Assembly (NCBI GenBank): GCA_002269645.1
Contig: NIVC01000945.1
Span: 124,001-188,000 of the forward strand
Length of the DNA: 64,000 nucleotides
Direction: 5' to 3'
DNA from: Macrostomum lignano
Lineage: Eukaryota
The translations under genes and the position numbers were made by a program. The notes beneath the pieces were generated by a model. It saw nothing but the letters and a program-made list of their open reading frames with translations. It did not search any database and was not told the origin of the DNA. Positions 18,793 to 31,900 of this stretch are shown in pieces (within the stretch, counting starts at the first letter, position 1; every line of letters begins with the position of its first letter).

Positions 18793-21700
18793 ATGCCGCA
18801 GCTCCCCTTGCTAATTCAAGCATTGCATTCGCTGCCTATCACAATTAGAAATAGGGTTGTTTGGTAAGCCTTTTTCTTTTATGCATCTTGTATTCATAAG
18901 CTTTCGTTTAAAATTTAATACCCTTGGATTTTAGTACTTCTAAGTCCTAAGTCCTAAGTTCTACCACCACAGCAGAAAAAAAATAAATGTGAACATTGAT
19001 AATATAGCATCCTTTGACCATTGAAAAAAATCAATGGTTATATTCATTATTAATATTCAAATAGTTCAATTTGTTCTATGGACTTAGCTGTAGTCAAAAT
19101 GTTATTTTGCTAAACTTTTTAAAGATTAACTTTTGTGTGTTAAAACTCATTTTAGGTATCAATACTTTATTTTATTTTTCACATTTGTTTGCTATACAAC
19201 CTATCATCTATCAAGGAAGCCTATTTCTGTTGTTAAGGTAAGTTTAGATATCTGATAGAATATAATATATTATTATTAATACAACTTCTTTAATAATGAA
19301 ACCTAAATTTTAATATTCCACTTTTAGAGTGTTTTGCATCAGAACTGCACAGAAGTTGCTGCTAAAAAGCATTATGTTATAACAGACAAAAATAATACAT
19401 TCTGTAGCTGGGCTCCATTTGGTATGTCATTTGTTTTTCGTACATTAGTTGAACATATTAACTTGCTATTATTAATTGTCATCAATTTAATTTTATTTTT
19501 AACATCTTAGATAAGGGTGACTACACAGAACTGCTGGGTTCACTGGAATATGCTTACTTATTTGCCTATGCAATTGGTATGCTTGTCAGGTAAAGAATTT
19601 GTTGTTATTAGTTAAATAAAAATATTTCAATTTTGATTTCATATAAAAAGTACTGTATATAAACAGGCCAATCTCTTAAACTGTTTTCAGTGGTCATATT
19701 GCAGAAAGAGTTAATCTGCGGCATTACTTAGGTATTGGCATGCTTTTAAGTGGACTTACGACTGCCATGTTTGGCTTTGGATATTATCTGCAAATCCATC
19801 GGATTGAATATTACATCTTTGTCCAGGTTCGTGCAGTCTTTGTTCTTATTTGTCACACATTAAGTAGAGCCTAACTTTGCAATCTGTAATAATGCACATC
19901 TTTTGCTGTCACACCCGCCTGCTTTCTCTTTTCCTCGCCTCCCCCCTTGCAATCTCCCTCTTCCCCATTCTCTCTCCTCTCCCCTCTGCTCTCCTCTCTC
20001 GTTATTTCCTCTCTCTTCTCCTGTTCTCCCTCTCTCCTCTCTCCCCTCTCCCCCTCTCCCCTCTCCCTCTCCCTCTCTCTCTTCCCCCTCTCTCCCCTCT
20101 CCCTCTCCCCTGTCCCTCTCCTCTCTCCCTGCCCTTCTCTCTCCCTCTCCCTCTCTCTCCCCCCCTCTCTCCCCTCTCCCTCTCCCTCTCCCTCTCATTT
20201 CTTCGTCTACAAAATCACAATCTCATTATTATCACGGTTCATTGCATGCTGCAAAAGGTTTTGACAATTTAAATTTTAGCAATCATCACAAAGATTGCAT
20301 GCAAATTACAGCAGAATCTAACGGCAGCAATATTCCAACTAATTACTATAATTAGATATTCGGCGGGCTGGTTCAGGCCACCGGCTGGCCCAGCGTGGTC
20401 GCTTGCGTTGGTCACTGGTTCGGCAAAGGACGGTAGGTTTAAAATATTGTCATTAGTTACTGAACACTTTGCCAAAGTTTTAATTAGTTTTAAATAACAC
20501 TTACGTGTAGATATTAATCTTCACTCGTAATGCGATATTTTATTCTTATTAGTAAGTTCTGTATGCGCTAAAGCTCTGATAGCTGTCTTACCCACGTCAC
20601 TCTCTTACCCTTGGTTATATAATATCGTTCTGTTAAACGAAAAAGTTCTACTTGTTCATACTTAATGACAGAGTATAGTTATTTAAATAACATATTTTGC
20701 AGCAATTAAATTACTGAATTCACGTACGCACATACCAAAAATATTTACTTTTTATCCGCATCTCGGTAAAGTTGGTCCATCCAGTGCTTCTTATAATGTC
20801 CATCCGGTGCTTATAATGTCCATTTGATGCTTCTCATAATATCCATCCGGTACTTCTCATAATGTCTATCCAGTGCTTATAATGTCCATCTAATGCTTCT
20901 CACAATGTCCATCCGGTACTGGCGCTGTTTATGGGATTATTTTGCATCATTGTTCCCCGTCAAGTTACTCCTAGCAACTATTTTACTAACTAATCCTGAT
21001 AATTTCTGACAAACCACTATTTTTCCACATTGTTTCACAGCCGCGGCTTCATCATGGGAGTCTGGAACAGTCACACCTCAGCTGGCAACATACTCGGCAG
21101 CGTAATTGCCGGCCTATTTGTCTCCTCTAGCTGGGGTTTGAGCTTCATAGTGCCAGGCGCCATTATCTTTGCTGTTGGCTGTTTCTGCTTGCTGTTATTA
21201 ATTCCGTGTAAGTTGGTTTGTGTTTAACTTACTTAGGACCTTGAGTACGTGAGCTAGGTTCCTGGTTTATAGTTTCTTGGAATAGGTTTTCGAAACTTCA
21301 GGATTCGTATAATAGGGTTAATGACAGGTTTCTTAGAACAGGGTTCAGAATCTTTGGGTTTCTTAGAAAAGGGTTCATAATCTTTGGGTTTCTTAAAACA
21401 GGGTTCAGAACCTTTATGTTTCTTAGAATATTGTTCAGGATCTTAGGGTTTCTTAGAATAGGGTTCAGAATCTTGGGGTTTCTTAGAATAGTGTTCAGAA
21501 TCTTGGGGTTTCTTAGAATAGTGTTCAGAATCTTGGGGTTTCTTAGAATAGGGTTCACGATCTTCAGGTTTCTTAGAAAAGGGTTCAGAATCTTGGGGCT
21601 TCTTAGAATAGTGTTCAGAATCTTGGGGTTTCTTAGAATAGTGTTCAGAATCTTGGGGTTTCTTAGAATAGGGTTCAGAATCTTGACGTTTCTTAGAATA

Positions 21701-24700
21701 GGGTTCAGAATCTTGGGGTTTCTTAGAATATGGTTCAGAATCTTGGGGTTTCTTAGAATAGGGTTCAGAATCTTGACGTTTCTTAGAATAGGGTTCAGAA
21801 TCTTGGGGTTTCTTAGAATATGGTTCAGAATCTTGGGGTTTCTTAGAATAGGGTTCAGAATCTTGGGGTTTCTTAGAATAGGGTTCAGAATCTTGGGGTT
21901 TCTTAGAATAGGGTTCAGAATCTTGGGGTTTCTTAGAATAGGGTTCAGAATCTTGACGTTTCTTAGAATAGGGTTCAGAATCTTGGGGTTTCTTAGAATA
22001 GAGTTCAGAATCTTGGGGTTTCTTAGAACAAGATTCAGAATCTTCAGGTTTCCTACAATAGGGTTCAGTATCTCCAGTTTTCATAGAATTGGGTTTAGAA
22101 TCTTCGGGTTTCTTAGAACAGGGTTCCGAATTTTCAGGTTTCTTAGAATAGGGTTCGAAATTCTTTATGGTTCTTAGAATAGGGTTCAGGATCTTCAGGT
22201 TTCTTAAAATACGGTTCGGGAGCATCAGGTTCCTTCGAATAATGTTTTGGACCACCATATTTCTTAGAATAGGTGTTAGGGACGTGACGTTTCTTCACTA
22301 AGATTCGGGACATCAGGTTTGTTAGAAAATAAGACCTGCATTCACGCCACAACATAGTTAAACGTAATTGTAGATACCTGATCATAAAAAATGATAACTT
22401 TGTTTAAACTAGCTGAAGCAATATAACAAATTTTTCAGACCCAACCGATGTTGGATTGCCGTCGCCTCACGATAACGATTTGGTAAGTGTGCTCATCTAG
22501 TTTGAAAGGGCAAATCGTTTCTATTTAAGTAGATTTCGATAGATCAGATTAGTTGGCTTCATCAAGACGTCACTTGACTGTCACTGAGACTGTCTGATAT
22601 TTTTTCTGCCAGTCGCAGGATTTACAGGTTCTACTCGAGATGCCCAGTGTGCGTCAGATGTAAATTTATCACCCCCTTTCAACTTGTATACGTTTATATG
22701 CACTGGTCTGCTTATATTTGCTAATTCTTACATTAATTTGGCTGGTATTCTTTCCAATGTGAGAATTAACATCGGTTATTTGGTGTCTCGTTATTTCCTA
22801 CTTGTCCTTCTAATATTGTATTGGTTGGATTGTATTTTTGTATTGATAACTATAGTACTGCCATTATATCGAAAGTGTTTACCATAAAATTAAAATCTAA
22901 GAAAGAAAACATAGCTCGTACTAATTTTAAAAGAAACAAAAAACTCTTTAGTTTGCGAAGAGCGTAGTACCATTCTATAGGAAATATAGAGCGCAGGAAA
23001 AATTAGGTAAATCAGCCGTTGCTAAGCTGACAATTCGCTGAAATCTTGATAAGCCAGAACTGACACGCAGTCAATAAGGTAGTGTAAATTCTGTATACGA
23101 GTTCAACACGAAATCATATAGCTCTCTAACCCTGAACGTAAGTTTTAAAGCACTATCGTATTAAACCTGCCCTCACACTATTTTTTTAGGTCACAGAGAT
23201 AAAAAAAGCATTAATGTTATTGAAAGTTTATTTCGTTTCTATTTTTGGAATGCTTATTTATATAACTGTTAATAAAGTAACGAATAATATTATTTAGGAC
23301 ATCATGGTTCAGTCGGTAACGCCTTCAACATTGGACATAACCGAGTACGCACCGAATACCCACGATCGACAATGGTTTGATAGTCCCGACTCTGAGCAAC
23401 AGCAGACTTCTTCTCTGTCTGCGTCCCCTGTCGGGGCGACTCCTCCTAGTAGGGCGTCTTCGTCAGTTAATCAACGGGTGCCCGCCGCTGACACCGACCC
23501 TCTGCTGCCAAGACATTCTACTCTGACTGAGTCGACCGCTTCTAGTGATATGGGCAGTCGAAAGGCAATCAGCCTGCTAGGCGCTCTTCGTATTCCGGTA
23601 TGTGGACGAGCATACGTTCTGTATTTTTAAATTTTCTATGCTTTAGGCGGAGTGAGGTAGGTGGGTGTCAATTTCTCCGCCGGCCTGTTATCTTTTCTAG
23701 CCAGTGTAGGCCTAGTGAGGTTGGTGTCAATTTATCTGCCGGCCTGTTATCTTTTCTAGCCAGTCAAGGCGGAGTGGGGTGGGTGTCGATTTCTTCGCCG
23801 GCCTGTTATCTTTTTTAGTCAGTCCAGGCGGAGTGAGGTGGGTGTCGATTTCTCTGCCGGCCTGTTATCTTTTCTAGTCAGCCCAGGCGGAGTGAGGTGG
23901 GTGTCGATTTCTCCGCCGGCCTGTTATCTTTTCTAGTCAGTCCAGGTGGACTGAGGTGGGTATTGATTTTCCCCCCGGCCTGTTATCTTTTCTAGTCAGC
24001 CCAGGCGGAGTGAGGTGGGTGTCGATTTCTCCGCCGGCCTGTTATCTTTTCTAGTCAGTCCAGGTGGAGTGAGGTGGGTATCGATTTCTCCGCCGGCCTG
24101 TTATCTTTTCTAGTCAGTCCAGGTGGACTGAGGTGGGTGTCGATTTCTCCGCCGGCCTGTTATCTTTTCTAGTCAGTCCAGGTGGACTGAGGTGGGTATT
24201 GATTTTCCCCCCGGCCTGTTATCTTTTCTAGTCAGCCCAGGCGGAGTGAGGTGGGTGTCGATTTCTCCGCCGGCCTAGGGGGCGACCGGGACGGCCAAAG
24301 TCGGGCCCGGGTCGGGCCCGGGAATGAGGACTCGGGCCCGGGTCGGGCCTCGGGAATTCGGGACAAGATCTTTAGGACAGCTCAATAATTGGAAAAAATC
24401 ATAATAAATCTTAATACTTTTAGCATATGCGGATTACTATTAAATATATAATAAATATATGAATTTTTAAATTTAATATAATATATTAAATGTATAATAA
24501 ATATATGATAAACATTAAATATATTATAATATATGAATATATTAAATATATAATAATATATAAATATAATATATTATATTAAATATATAATAAATATTAT
24601 TTTTATTTAATACATTAGTTAAGACTTCAGAATAGATAAGAGTTACATTAAAAGACTTAATACTCAAATATCAATATACTCAATAGTTCAAATTCAATGT

Positions 24701-27367
24701 CACTGTGTGGCACAAGTACTGTGTGTGTGCCAGTGACAATGACACTAACACTTAACAGGCAGTGAGGTAGGCAAGCAGGCACTGCGGCAGTGCGGCTGGC
24801 ACTGGCAGTGGCAGTAAGCAAAAAGAAGAAAAGCTGAAGCATTAAGTGTAAGGCACTTGGCATTGGAAGCAGTAAGGAAGTAAGAACCAAATCAATTGAT
24901 TGATTCTTTTATTTGAATTTTTAGTTCCTTTACATAGCTTCAATATAAAGAGCCATGTACACAGTCAGTATTCAGTAAGACAACAAGACAAGACAACAGA
25001 ACAGAACACAAGTGAAGTGACAACACAACACAACACTCAACTGTCTCAACAGAACAGGCAAACAGACAATGGAAATACAAGTAATTAGCTGATACCTGCC
25101 TACCTGCTCACCTACCTACCTAAACGAATATGATTACGAATACGATACTGAGTCTACAACTACAACTACCTACGAATACAATACAAATATGAACACGATT
25201 ACAAACTCTGATAGATAGCAAACTTCTTGGAAAAATGGTAGCCTTGGCCCTTAATAAGTACTTCTTGGAACGTAAATAGGAAATGTTATTTACAAAAGCT
25301 TAAAAATGACAAATCAACTTTTTAAAGAATCATATTTTTGCTTTTAGCCTGCAGCCTGCAGCCTGCAGCGTGTAAAGTGGAATCAATATTGCATCAACTA
25401 TGTTTTAATTTTATCTTCCTGGAAAAAATCCGATCTTCCTGGAAAGTGGAAACTGGCTGTGGCTGACGCTCACGGTCACAGACGCTCACGCTTAGAGCCT
25501 ACTACGAATCAATGATATTGCTACTTCACATCATATCATCTATTACTATTACTGCAGTCGTGCAGTGCTTGAGTCTTGAGTGCTGATGCAATGCTTAACT
25601 GAGTGTTGTGCTGTGCTGTGAATAAAAATAATTTTATTCTTATTTGCACGCAGACGCAGTTAGTGCCTTTAGGGAAAAAAGACTTGTCCCGATTTCCCGA
25701 CTTTTTTAGGGTCGGGCCCGGGCCCGGGTCGGGCCACGATTTTGGTCGGGATTCCCGACTTTTCGGGCCCGGGCCCGGGACTGGGTCGCCCCCTACGCCG
25801 GCCTGTTATCTTTTCTAGTCAGTCCAGGTGGAGTGAGGTGGGTATCGATTTCCCCCCCCCCCGGCCTGTTATCTTTTCTAGTCAGTCTAGGCGGAGTGAG
25901 GTGGGTTTCAATTTATCCCCCGGCCTGTTATCTTTTCTAGCCAGTCTAGGCGGAGTGCAAAGTGGGTGTCATGATAAAAAACTTCAATGCCTTTTAAAAA
26001 ATAAATTTCAGGGCGTTATCGAGTACTCCCTGTGCCTGTTTTTCGCCAAACTGGTCAGCTATACCTTTCTCTATTGGTTGCCAAATTACATTAAGCACTC
26101 CAGCGGTCTCAACCCAGAAGAGAGTGCATTTCTATCAACTCTATTCGATGTTGGCGGCATTGTTGGAGGTGTGTTGGCCGGGGTTGTTAGCGATGTGACT
26201 GGTCGGCGAGCTCTTACCTGCATGATGATGCTGCTTCTTGCGGCACCAATGGTATGTACGAGTACTTTATCTATCTACTAAATTTGTGGTAAATTCTTCT
26301 ATTACATGTACATTTTCATGTGTCCAATCTTCGTAAATTTTAACCATACCCACAATAGGGTATCTATTGTGCATAAATACGCAAATTAGAATTACAATTT
26401 CTGTAGGAATAACTGAATTATAGCAAACTTCTTACATCAACTTTCAGCTGTTTATCTACGAGAAGTTTGGTGACACATCATTATTTAACTCGATAGGTCA
26501 GTTTAACGGATAATTATATTTAATAAATGATTTCTCTTATTTCACATATGAAAGTTTCACTTGAATATATAATTGCCCTTCTAGTCCTACTCCTAATCAC
26601 TGGAGGCTTAGTTAATGGTCCATACGCGCTAATTACTACTGCGGTAAGCGCCGATTTAGGCACGTCAGTTAAAGGTGATTCAAAAGCGCTGGCCACTGTT
26701 ACTGCTATTATCGATGGGACAGGGAGCATGGGTATGTAATATTTACTACTTACTAATTAAGCTACTTATAGTAGGCTATGCATGAATTGTAGCATCAAAC
26801 TTATCTAAATTGAAAAATTCAGGCGCTGCACTCGGTCCTCTGCTGACGGGTCTGATCGTGAATACAGGCTGGCAGAATGTTTTCTACATGCTTATGACTG
26901 CCGATTTGTTGGCTTTGCTTGTAAGTGGCTCCTTTATAGCCAATTTATTGTAGTATATTTTATAGGTTTAATTGCTGTCATCAGCCTACATCCATCTCAC
27001 GCCTTCTCCAACCCACCCAGTACATTCCTGCCCCTGCAGACACCCACCTAACGCCTTCTCCAACCCCCAGTACATTCCTACTCCTCTTCAGACACCCACC
27101 TCACGTCTCCTCCAACCCCCAGTACATTCCTACCCCTCTTCAGACACCCACCTCACGCCTCCTCCAACCCCCAGTACATTCCTATCCTCGCAAACACCGA
27201 CTTCATGCCTTTCTGAACCGCCTCTACTATTTTAATCCCATTTCTCTGCATCTTCGTTCCTATTTCAGCTTCTCTGTCGAATGGGCCTAAGCGAGGTAAA
27301 CGAATGCCGAAATCAAAGAACTGAGCCCGCTTACGAAGATCTGGCCAGAGAAACCACTAGGTCTTAA
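18793..27367 (+). CDS. SLC37A: SLC37 sugar-phosphate/Pi exchanger (MFS), 14 exons, 560 aa (18793-18863, 19156-19237, 19328-19421, 19511-19589, 19691-19826, 20356-20432, 21041-21207, 22439-22482, 23298-23597, 26012-26251, 26448-26496, 26585-26731, 26823-26920, 27269-27367)
   Basis: Motifs [76 protein letters not shown] and [16 protein letters not shown]...[21 protein letters not shown]. All introns are GT-AG and in frame; CDS totals 1683 nt. Paralog (A1/A2/A3) not resolved. Confidence 0.95.
19900..20200. repeat. CT-rich simple repeat in SLC37 intron 5
   Basis: Polypyrimidine (ctctcc)n tract. Confidence 0.9.
21330..22330. repeat. 30-nt minisatellite in SLC37 intron 7
   Basis: gggttcagaatcttggggtttcttagaata, about 30 copies; the 10-codon period creates spurious ORFs. 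Confidence 0.95.
23640..25970. repeat. ~58-nt minisatellite in SLC37 intron 9, split by a hAT insertion
   Basis: Units ctagtcagtccaggcggagtgaggtgggtgtcgatttctccgccggcctgttatcttt at 23640-24275, resuming at 25796-25970. Confidence 0.92.
24276..25795. mobile_element. Non-autonomous hAT-type DNA transposon, 1520 bp
   Basis: Perfect 12-bp TIRs tagggggcgacc / ggtcgcccccta and a perfect 8-bp TSD cgccggcc (24268-24275, 25796-25803). Subterminal tcgggcccgg repeats at both ends; AT-rich non-coding interior. Confidence 0.9.
26985..27210. repeat. ~52-nt C-rich minisatellite in SLC37 intron 13
   Basis: About 4 copies of cagacacccacctcacgcctcctccaacccccagtacattcctacccctctt. Confidence 0.85.
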
Positions 27368-28229
27368 CTAACTTAAGCAAACATGTTTTCATCTGATGCA
27401 CAAATTTTTTCTATAGTATAGTAGTATTAGTGGTAGTAGAAATAAGTAATAAAGTGTGCTTTTTTAGGAAATAGTTGAACAGATTCTCAGATTTATTAAC
27501 AATTAATTCAGTGAAATCTAAACGGATCAAAATATTTTTTTTTGTTTTTAACTAATAAAATTCTATTCATAATCAAGTGTCGTGTCTTTCTACTGCAATC
27601 CTGCTCTTGTACTAATATTTGTTAATTTATTAACTGCATTAACTGATCGTTTACCGTCATTTTCACCATTATTGACTTTCCTATCTATACTACTGATTTA
27701 CTGTGTATTCTAGTAGCGTGTATGCGCATTGATGCCAATTTTCTTTTTTGTTTTAGATCGATCAAAGCACGATTACGTGGTAGTAGTGACACCTTTTCTC
27801 GTCCATTATAATTTATTTATAGTGAATTTCATGACAATTCATATGGGTTATTAACGCCCAATGTACTTTTTACGCAATAATTAACAATAATTTAAATTTA
27901 ATGATTGATTTTTTAAATGAACATGCTTTAATTGTTATCTAGCACTTGTAATAGTATATACTCGTAGTATAGACATCATCATATTGCGATGCTTTTTGTG
28001 CATTTTTGTAACCTCAGACAATAGTAAAGTACATCGGTACTGGGTGCAGTACTCGTAGCACACTGGATGAGAAAACTATTTCTGCAAAAATCTATTAATG
28101 AACTTTTTTTCCAAATTTTATTTAGAGCAAAGTTTAAACAGAAAATATTGTCAAATATCAATTAGTGTGTGTTTTAATTAGAGTTTTTTTGATACGCGTT
28201 GGCAGACATGTAGCTGAAATTTTGAGATG

Positions 28230-28890
28230 CTGAACACCTTTATGGAAGATTCTGAGATCCCGAATACTTCTATGGGAGTTTTGAGATCATGAACACTATG
28301 GGAGATTTTGAGATCCTGAACACCTCTATGGGAGATTTTTAGATCATGAACACTATGGGAGATTTTGAGATCCTGAACACCTCTATGGGAGATTTTGAGA
28401 TCCTGAACACCTCTATGGGAGATTTTTAGATCATGAACACTATGGGAGATTTTGAGATCCCGAACACCTCTATGGGAGATTCTGAAATCCCAAACACCTC
28501 TATGGGAGATTTTTAGATCATGAACACTATGGGAGATTCTGAAATCCCAAACACCTTTATGGGAGCTTTTGAGATCCCGAACACCTTTTTAGGAGATTTT
28601 TAGATCATGAAAACTATGGGAGATTTTGAGATGCATAACACCTTTATGGTAGATTTTGAGATCCCGAATACCTTTATGGGAGATTTTGAGATCCCGAATA
28701 CCTTTATGGGAGATTTTGAGATCCCGAATACATCTATGGGAGATTTTGATATCCCGAACACATCTATGGGAGATTTTTAGATCATGAACACTATGGGAGA
28801 TTTTGAGATCCCTAATACCTCTATGGGAGATTCTGAAATCCCAAACACCTTTATGGGAGATTTTGAGATCCCGAACACCTGTAGGGGATA
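28230..28890. repeat. 29/31-nt minisatellite between convergent genes
   Basis: tatgggagattttgagatcctgaacacctc variants in tandem. Confidence 0.92.
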
Positions 28891-28984
28891 TTTAGAACCA
28901 ACCAAGATTAAATATTTGTAATTAGCAAAAAATCAAAATTTAGCATATAACGGTTCAGAATTTTAGTAAATTCAACAATGGTCA

Positions 28985-31900
28985 TCAGTAACGGAAGAAA
29001 ATCTTCATGGCCAGATTTCCTTCGAGGTCCGGCGAAGTTTCCTCAATGATGTCCTCCTGTTTCTCCACGGGATATCCAGCAGATTCGCGTCCTGCGAACT
29101 GAAAATGAATTTGTGTTTTCATAGCTTGTATTAACCTGCTGCGTGCGAATATTTCAGCCAACATTAAACTCGTACCTTTCTCAGCGACTTTGAACTTTCT
29201 CCAGTTGCAAAAGTTTTAGCCGAATGTCTTTTGAAATAATCAGAATGTTCTTTGCTGTGCGTCTTCCATCCGTGCTTATGCCTCTTAGTTCCATATCCAG
29301 ATTTATGTCCAGACTTATGTCCAGATTTATATCCAGATTTATATCCAGATATATGTCCAGATTTATATCCAGATTTATGTCCAGATTTATATCCAGATTT
29401 ATGTCCAGATTTATATCCAGATTTATGTCCAGATTTATATCCAGATTTATATCCAGATTTATGTCCAGATTTATATCCAGATTTATGTCCAGATTTATAT
29501 CCAGATTTATGTCCAGATTTATATCCAGATTTTGACGTTTTGACGTTTTTGCTAATCTCTTTACCCGCTTTCTTTGCACCTTCTTCGACCCTCTTTGCGC
29601 CTTTCGTAAACTTCTTTTCGGCCTTCTTTGTGTCTTTCTTGACCTTCTTTCCGACTTTCTTTTTGCCTTTCTTCACCTTCTTTGCACCTTTCTTCACCTT
29701 CTTTGCACCTTTCTTCACCTTCTTTGCACCTTTCTTCACCTTCTTTGCACCTTTCTTCACCTTCTTTCCGGCCTTCTTTGCACCTTTCTTCACCTTCTTT
29801 CCGGCCTTCTTTGCACCTTTCTTCACCTTCTTTCCGGTCTTCTTGGCACCTTTCTTCACCTTCTTTCCGGTCTTCTTTGCACCTTTCTTCACCTTCTTTC
29901 CGGCCTTCTTTGCACCTTTCTTCACCTTCTTTCCGGCCTTCTTTGCGCCTTTCTTCACCTTCTTTCCGGCCTTCTTTTTGCCTTTCTTCACCTTCTTTGC
30001 ACCTTTCTTCACCTTCTTTCCGGCCTTCTTTGCACCTTTCTTCACCTTCTTTCCGGTCTTCTTTGCACCTTTCTTCACCTTCTTTCCGGTCTTTTTTGCA
30101 CCTTTCTTCACCTTCTTTCCGGTCTTCTTTGCACCTTTCTTCACCTTCTTTCCGGCCTTCTTTGCACCTTTCTTCACCTTCTTTCCGGCCTTCTTTGCAC
30201 CTTTCTTCACCTTCTTTCCGGCCTTCTTTTTGCCTTTCTTCACCTTCTTTGCACCTTTCTTCACCTTCTTTCCGGCCTTCTTTGCACCTTTCTTCACCTT
30301 CTTTCCGGTCTTCTTTGCACCTTTCTTCACCTTCTTTCCGGTCTTCTTTGCACCTTTCTTCACCTTCTTTCCGGCCTTCTTTGCACCTTTCTTCACCTTC
30401 TTTCCGGCCTTCTTTGCACCTTTCTTCACCTTCTTTCCGGCCTTCTTTTTGCCTTTCTTCACCTTCTTTGCACCTTTCTTCACCTTCTTTCCGGCCTTCT
30501 TTGCACCTTTCTTCACCTTCTTTCCGGTCTTCTTTGCACCTTTCTTCACCTTCTTTCCGGTCTTCTTTGCACCTTTCTTCACCTTCTTTCCGGTCTTCTT
30601 TGCACCTTTCTTCACCTTCTTTCCGGCCTTCTTTGCACCTTTCTTCACCTTTTTTCCGGCCTTCTTTGCACCTTTCTTCACCTTCTTTGCACCTTTCTTC
30701 ACCTTCTTTCCGGCCTTCTTTGTACCTTTCTTCACCTTCTTTCCGGTCTTCTTTGCACCTTTCTTCACCTTCTTTCCGGTCTTCTTTGCACCTTTCTTCA
30801 CCTTCTTTCCGGTCTTCTTTGCACCTTTCTTCACCTTTTTTCCGGCCTTCTTTGCACCTTTCTTCACCTTCTTTCCGGCCTTCTTTGCACCTTTCTTCAC
30901 CTTCTTTCCGGCCTTCTTTGCACCTTTCTTCACCTTCTTTCCAGTCTTCTTTGCACCTTTCTTCACCTTCTTTCCGGCCTTTTTTTTGCCTTTCTTCACC
31001 TTTTTTCCGGCCTTCTTTGCACCTTTCTTTACCTTCTTTCCGGTCTTCTTTGCACCTTTCTTCACCTTCTTTGCACCTTTCTTCACCTTCTTTGCACCTT
31101 TCTTCACCTTTTTTGCACCTTTCTTCACCTTCTTTCCGGTTTTCTTTGCACCTTTCTTCACCTTCTTTCCGGCCTTCTTGGCACCTTTCTTCACCTTCTT
31201 TCCGGCCTTCTTTTTGGCGCCCTTCTTGATCTTCTTGGCGCCTCTGCTAGCGCCGATGGATGCGGCAACGCCTTTCATTCTGTCTTTGCCAGTCTTGGAG
31301 CTGTAGGTGGGCGTGAGCAGTATGACTCCGCACACGCATTTCGGGCACATGGCCTGGCAGGCCCGGCGCAAGCTGTGCAGTCCGCTGCGGGACTTCTTGC
31401 GCCTGATCTGCTGCACCAAATCGGCCGCGGCGTCCGCGTTGTCCGCCTTGGAGAGCAGCTCCTCGATCCATGCGGACTTGGTCCGCTCTACCACTGGGTC
31501 CTCGGCTGGAGCCTCTGCGTCAGTGGCTTCCTGGCTGCTCAGGGCGCAGTTGATGCCTGTGGGGGTAGGGATATTAGTTTAAAGAGCGGAGTTACTCAGT
31601 CAGTTAGTTAGTCAGTTAGTTAGTCAGTTAGTTAGTCAGTTAGTTAGTCAGTTAGTTAGTCAGTTAGTTAGTTAATCAGTTAGTCAGTCAGTTAGTCAGT
31701 TAGTTAGTTAGTTAGTCAGTTAGTTAGTCAGTTAGTTAGTCAGTTAGTTAGTTAATCAGTTAGTCAGTCAGTTAGTTAGTCAGTTAGTTAGTCAGTTAGT
31801 TAGTCATTTAGTTAGTCAGTTAGTTAGTTAATCAGTTAGTCAGTTAGTTAGTTAGTTAGTTAGTTAATCAGTTAGTCAGTCAGTTAGTTAGTCAGTTAGT

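Noticed and set aside
21298-22258. [10 protein letters not shown] / [10 protein letters not shown] repeat proteins
   Set aside because: 30-nt array within SLC37 intron 7, bounded by valid splice sites.
29252-31306. 684-aa Phe-rich and 515-aa Ser-rich plus-strand ORFs
   Set aside because: Antisense shadows of the Lys-rich coding repeat; only the minus frame links to a signal peptide by splicing.
29164-31494. Histone H1, protamine-like or known flatworm adhesive protein identity for the Lys-rich ORF
   Set aside because: No winged-helix globular domain and a signal peptide is present; no lectin, vWD or EGF domains of the described large adhesive proteins.
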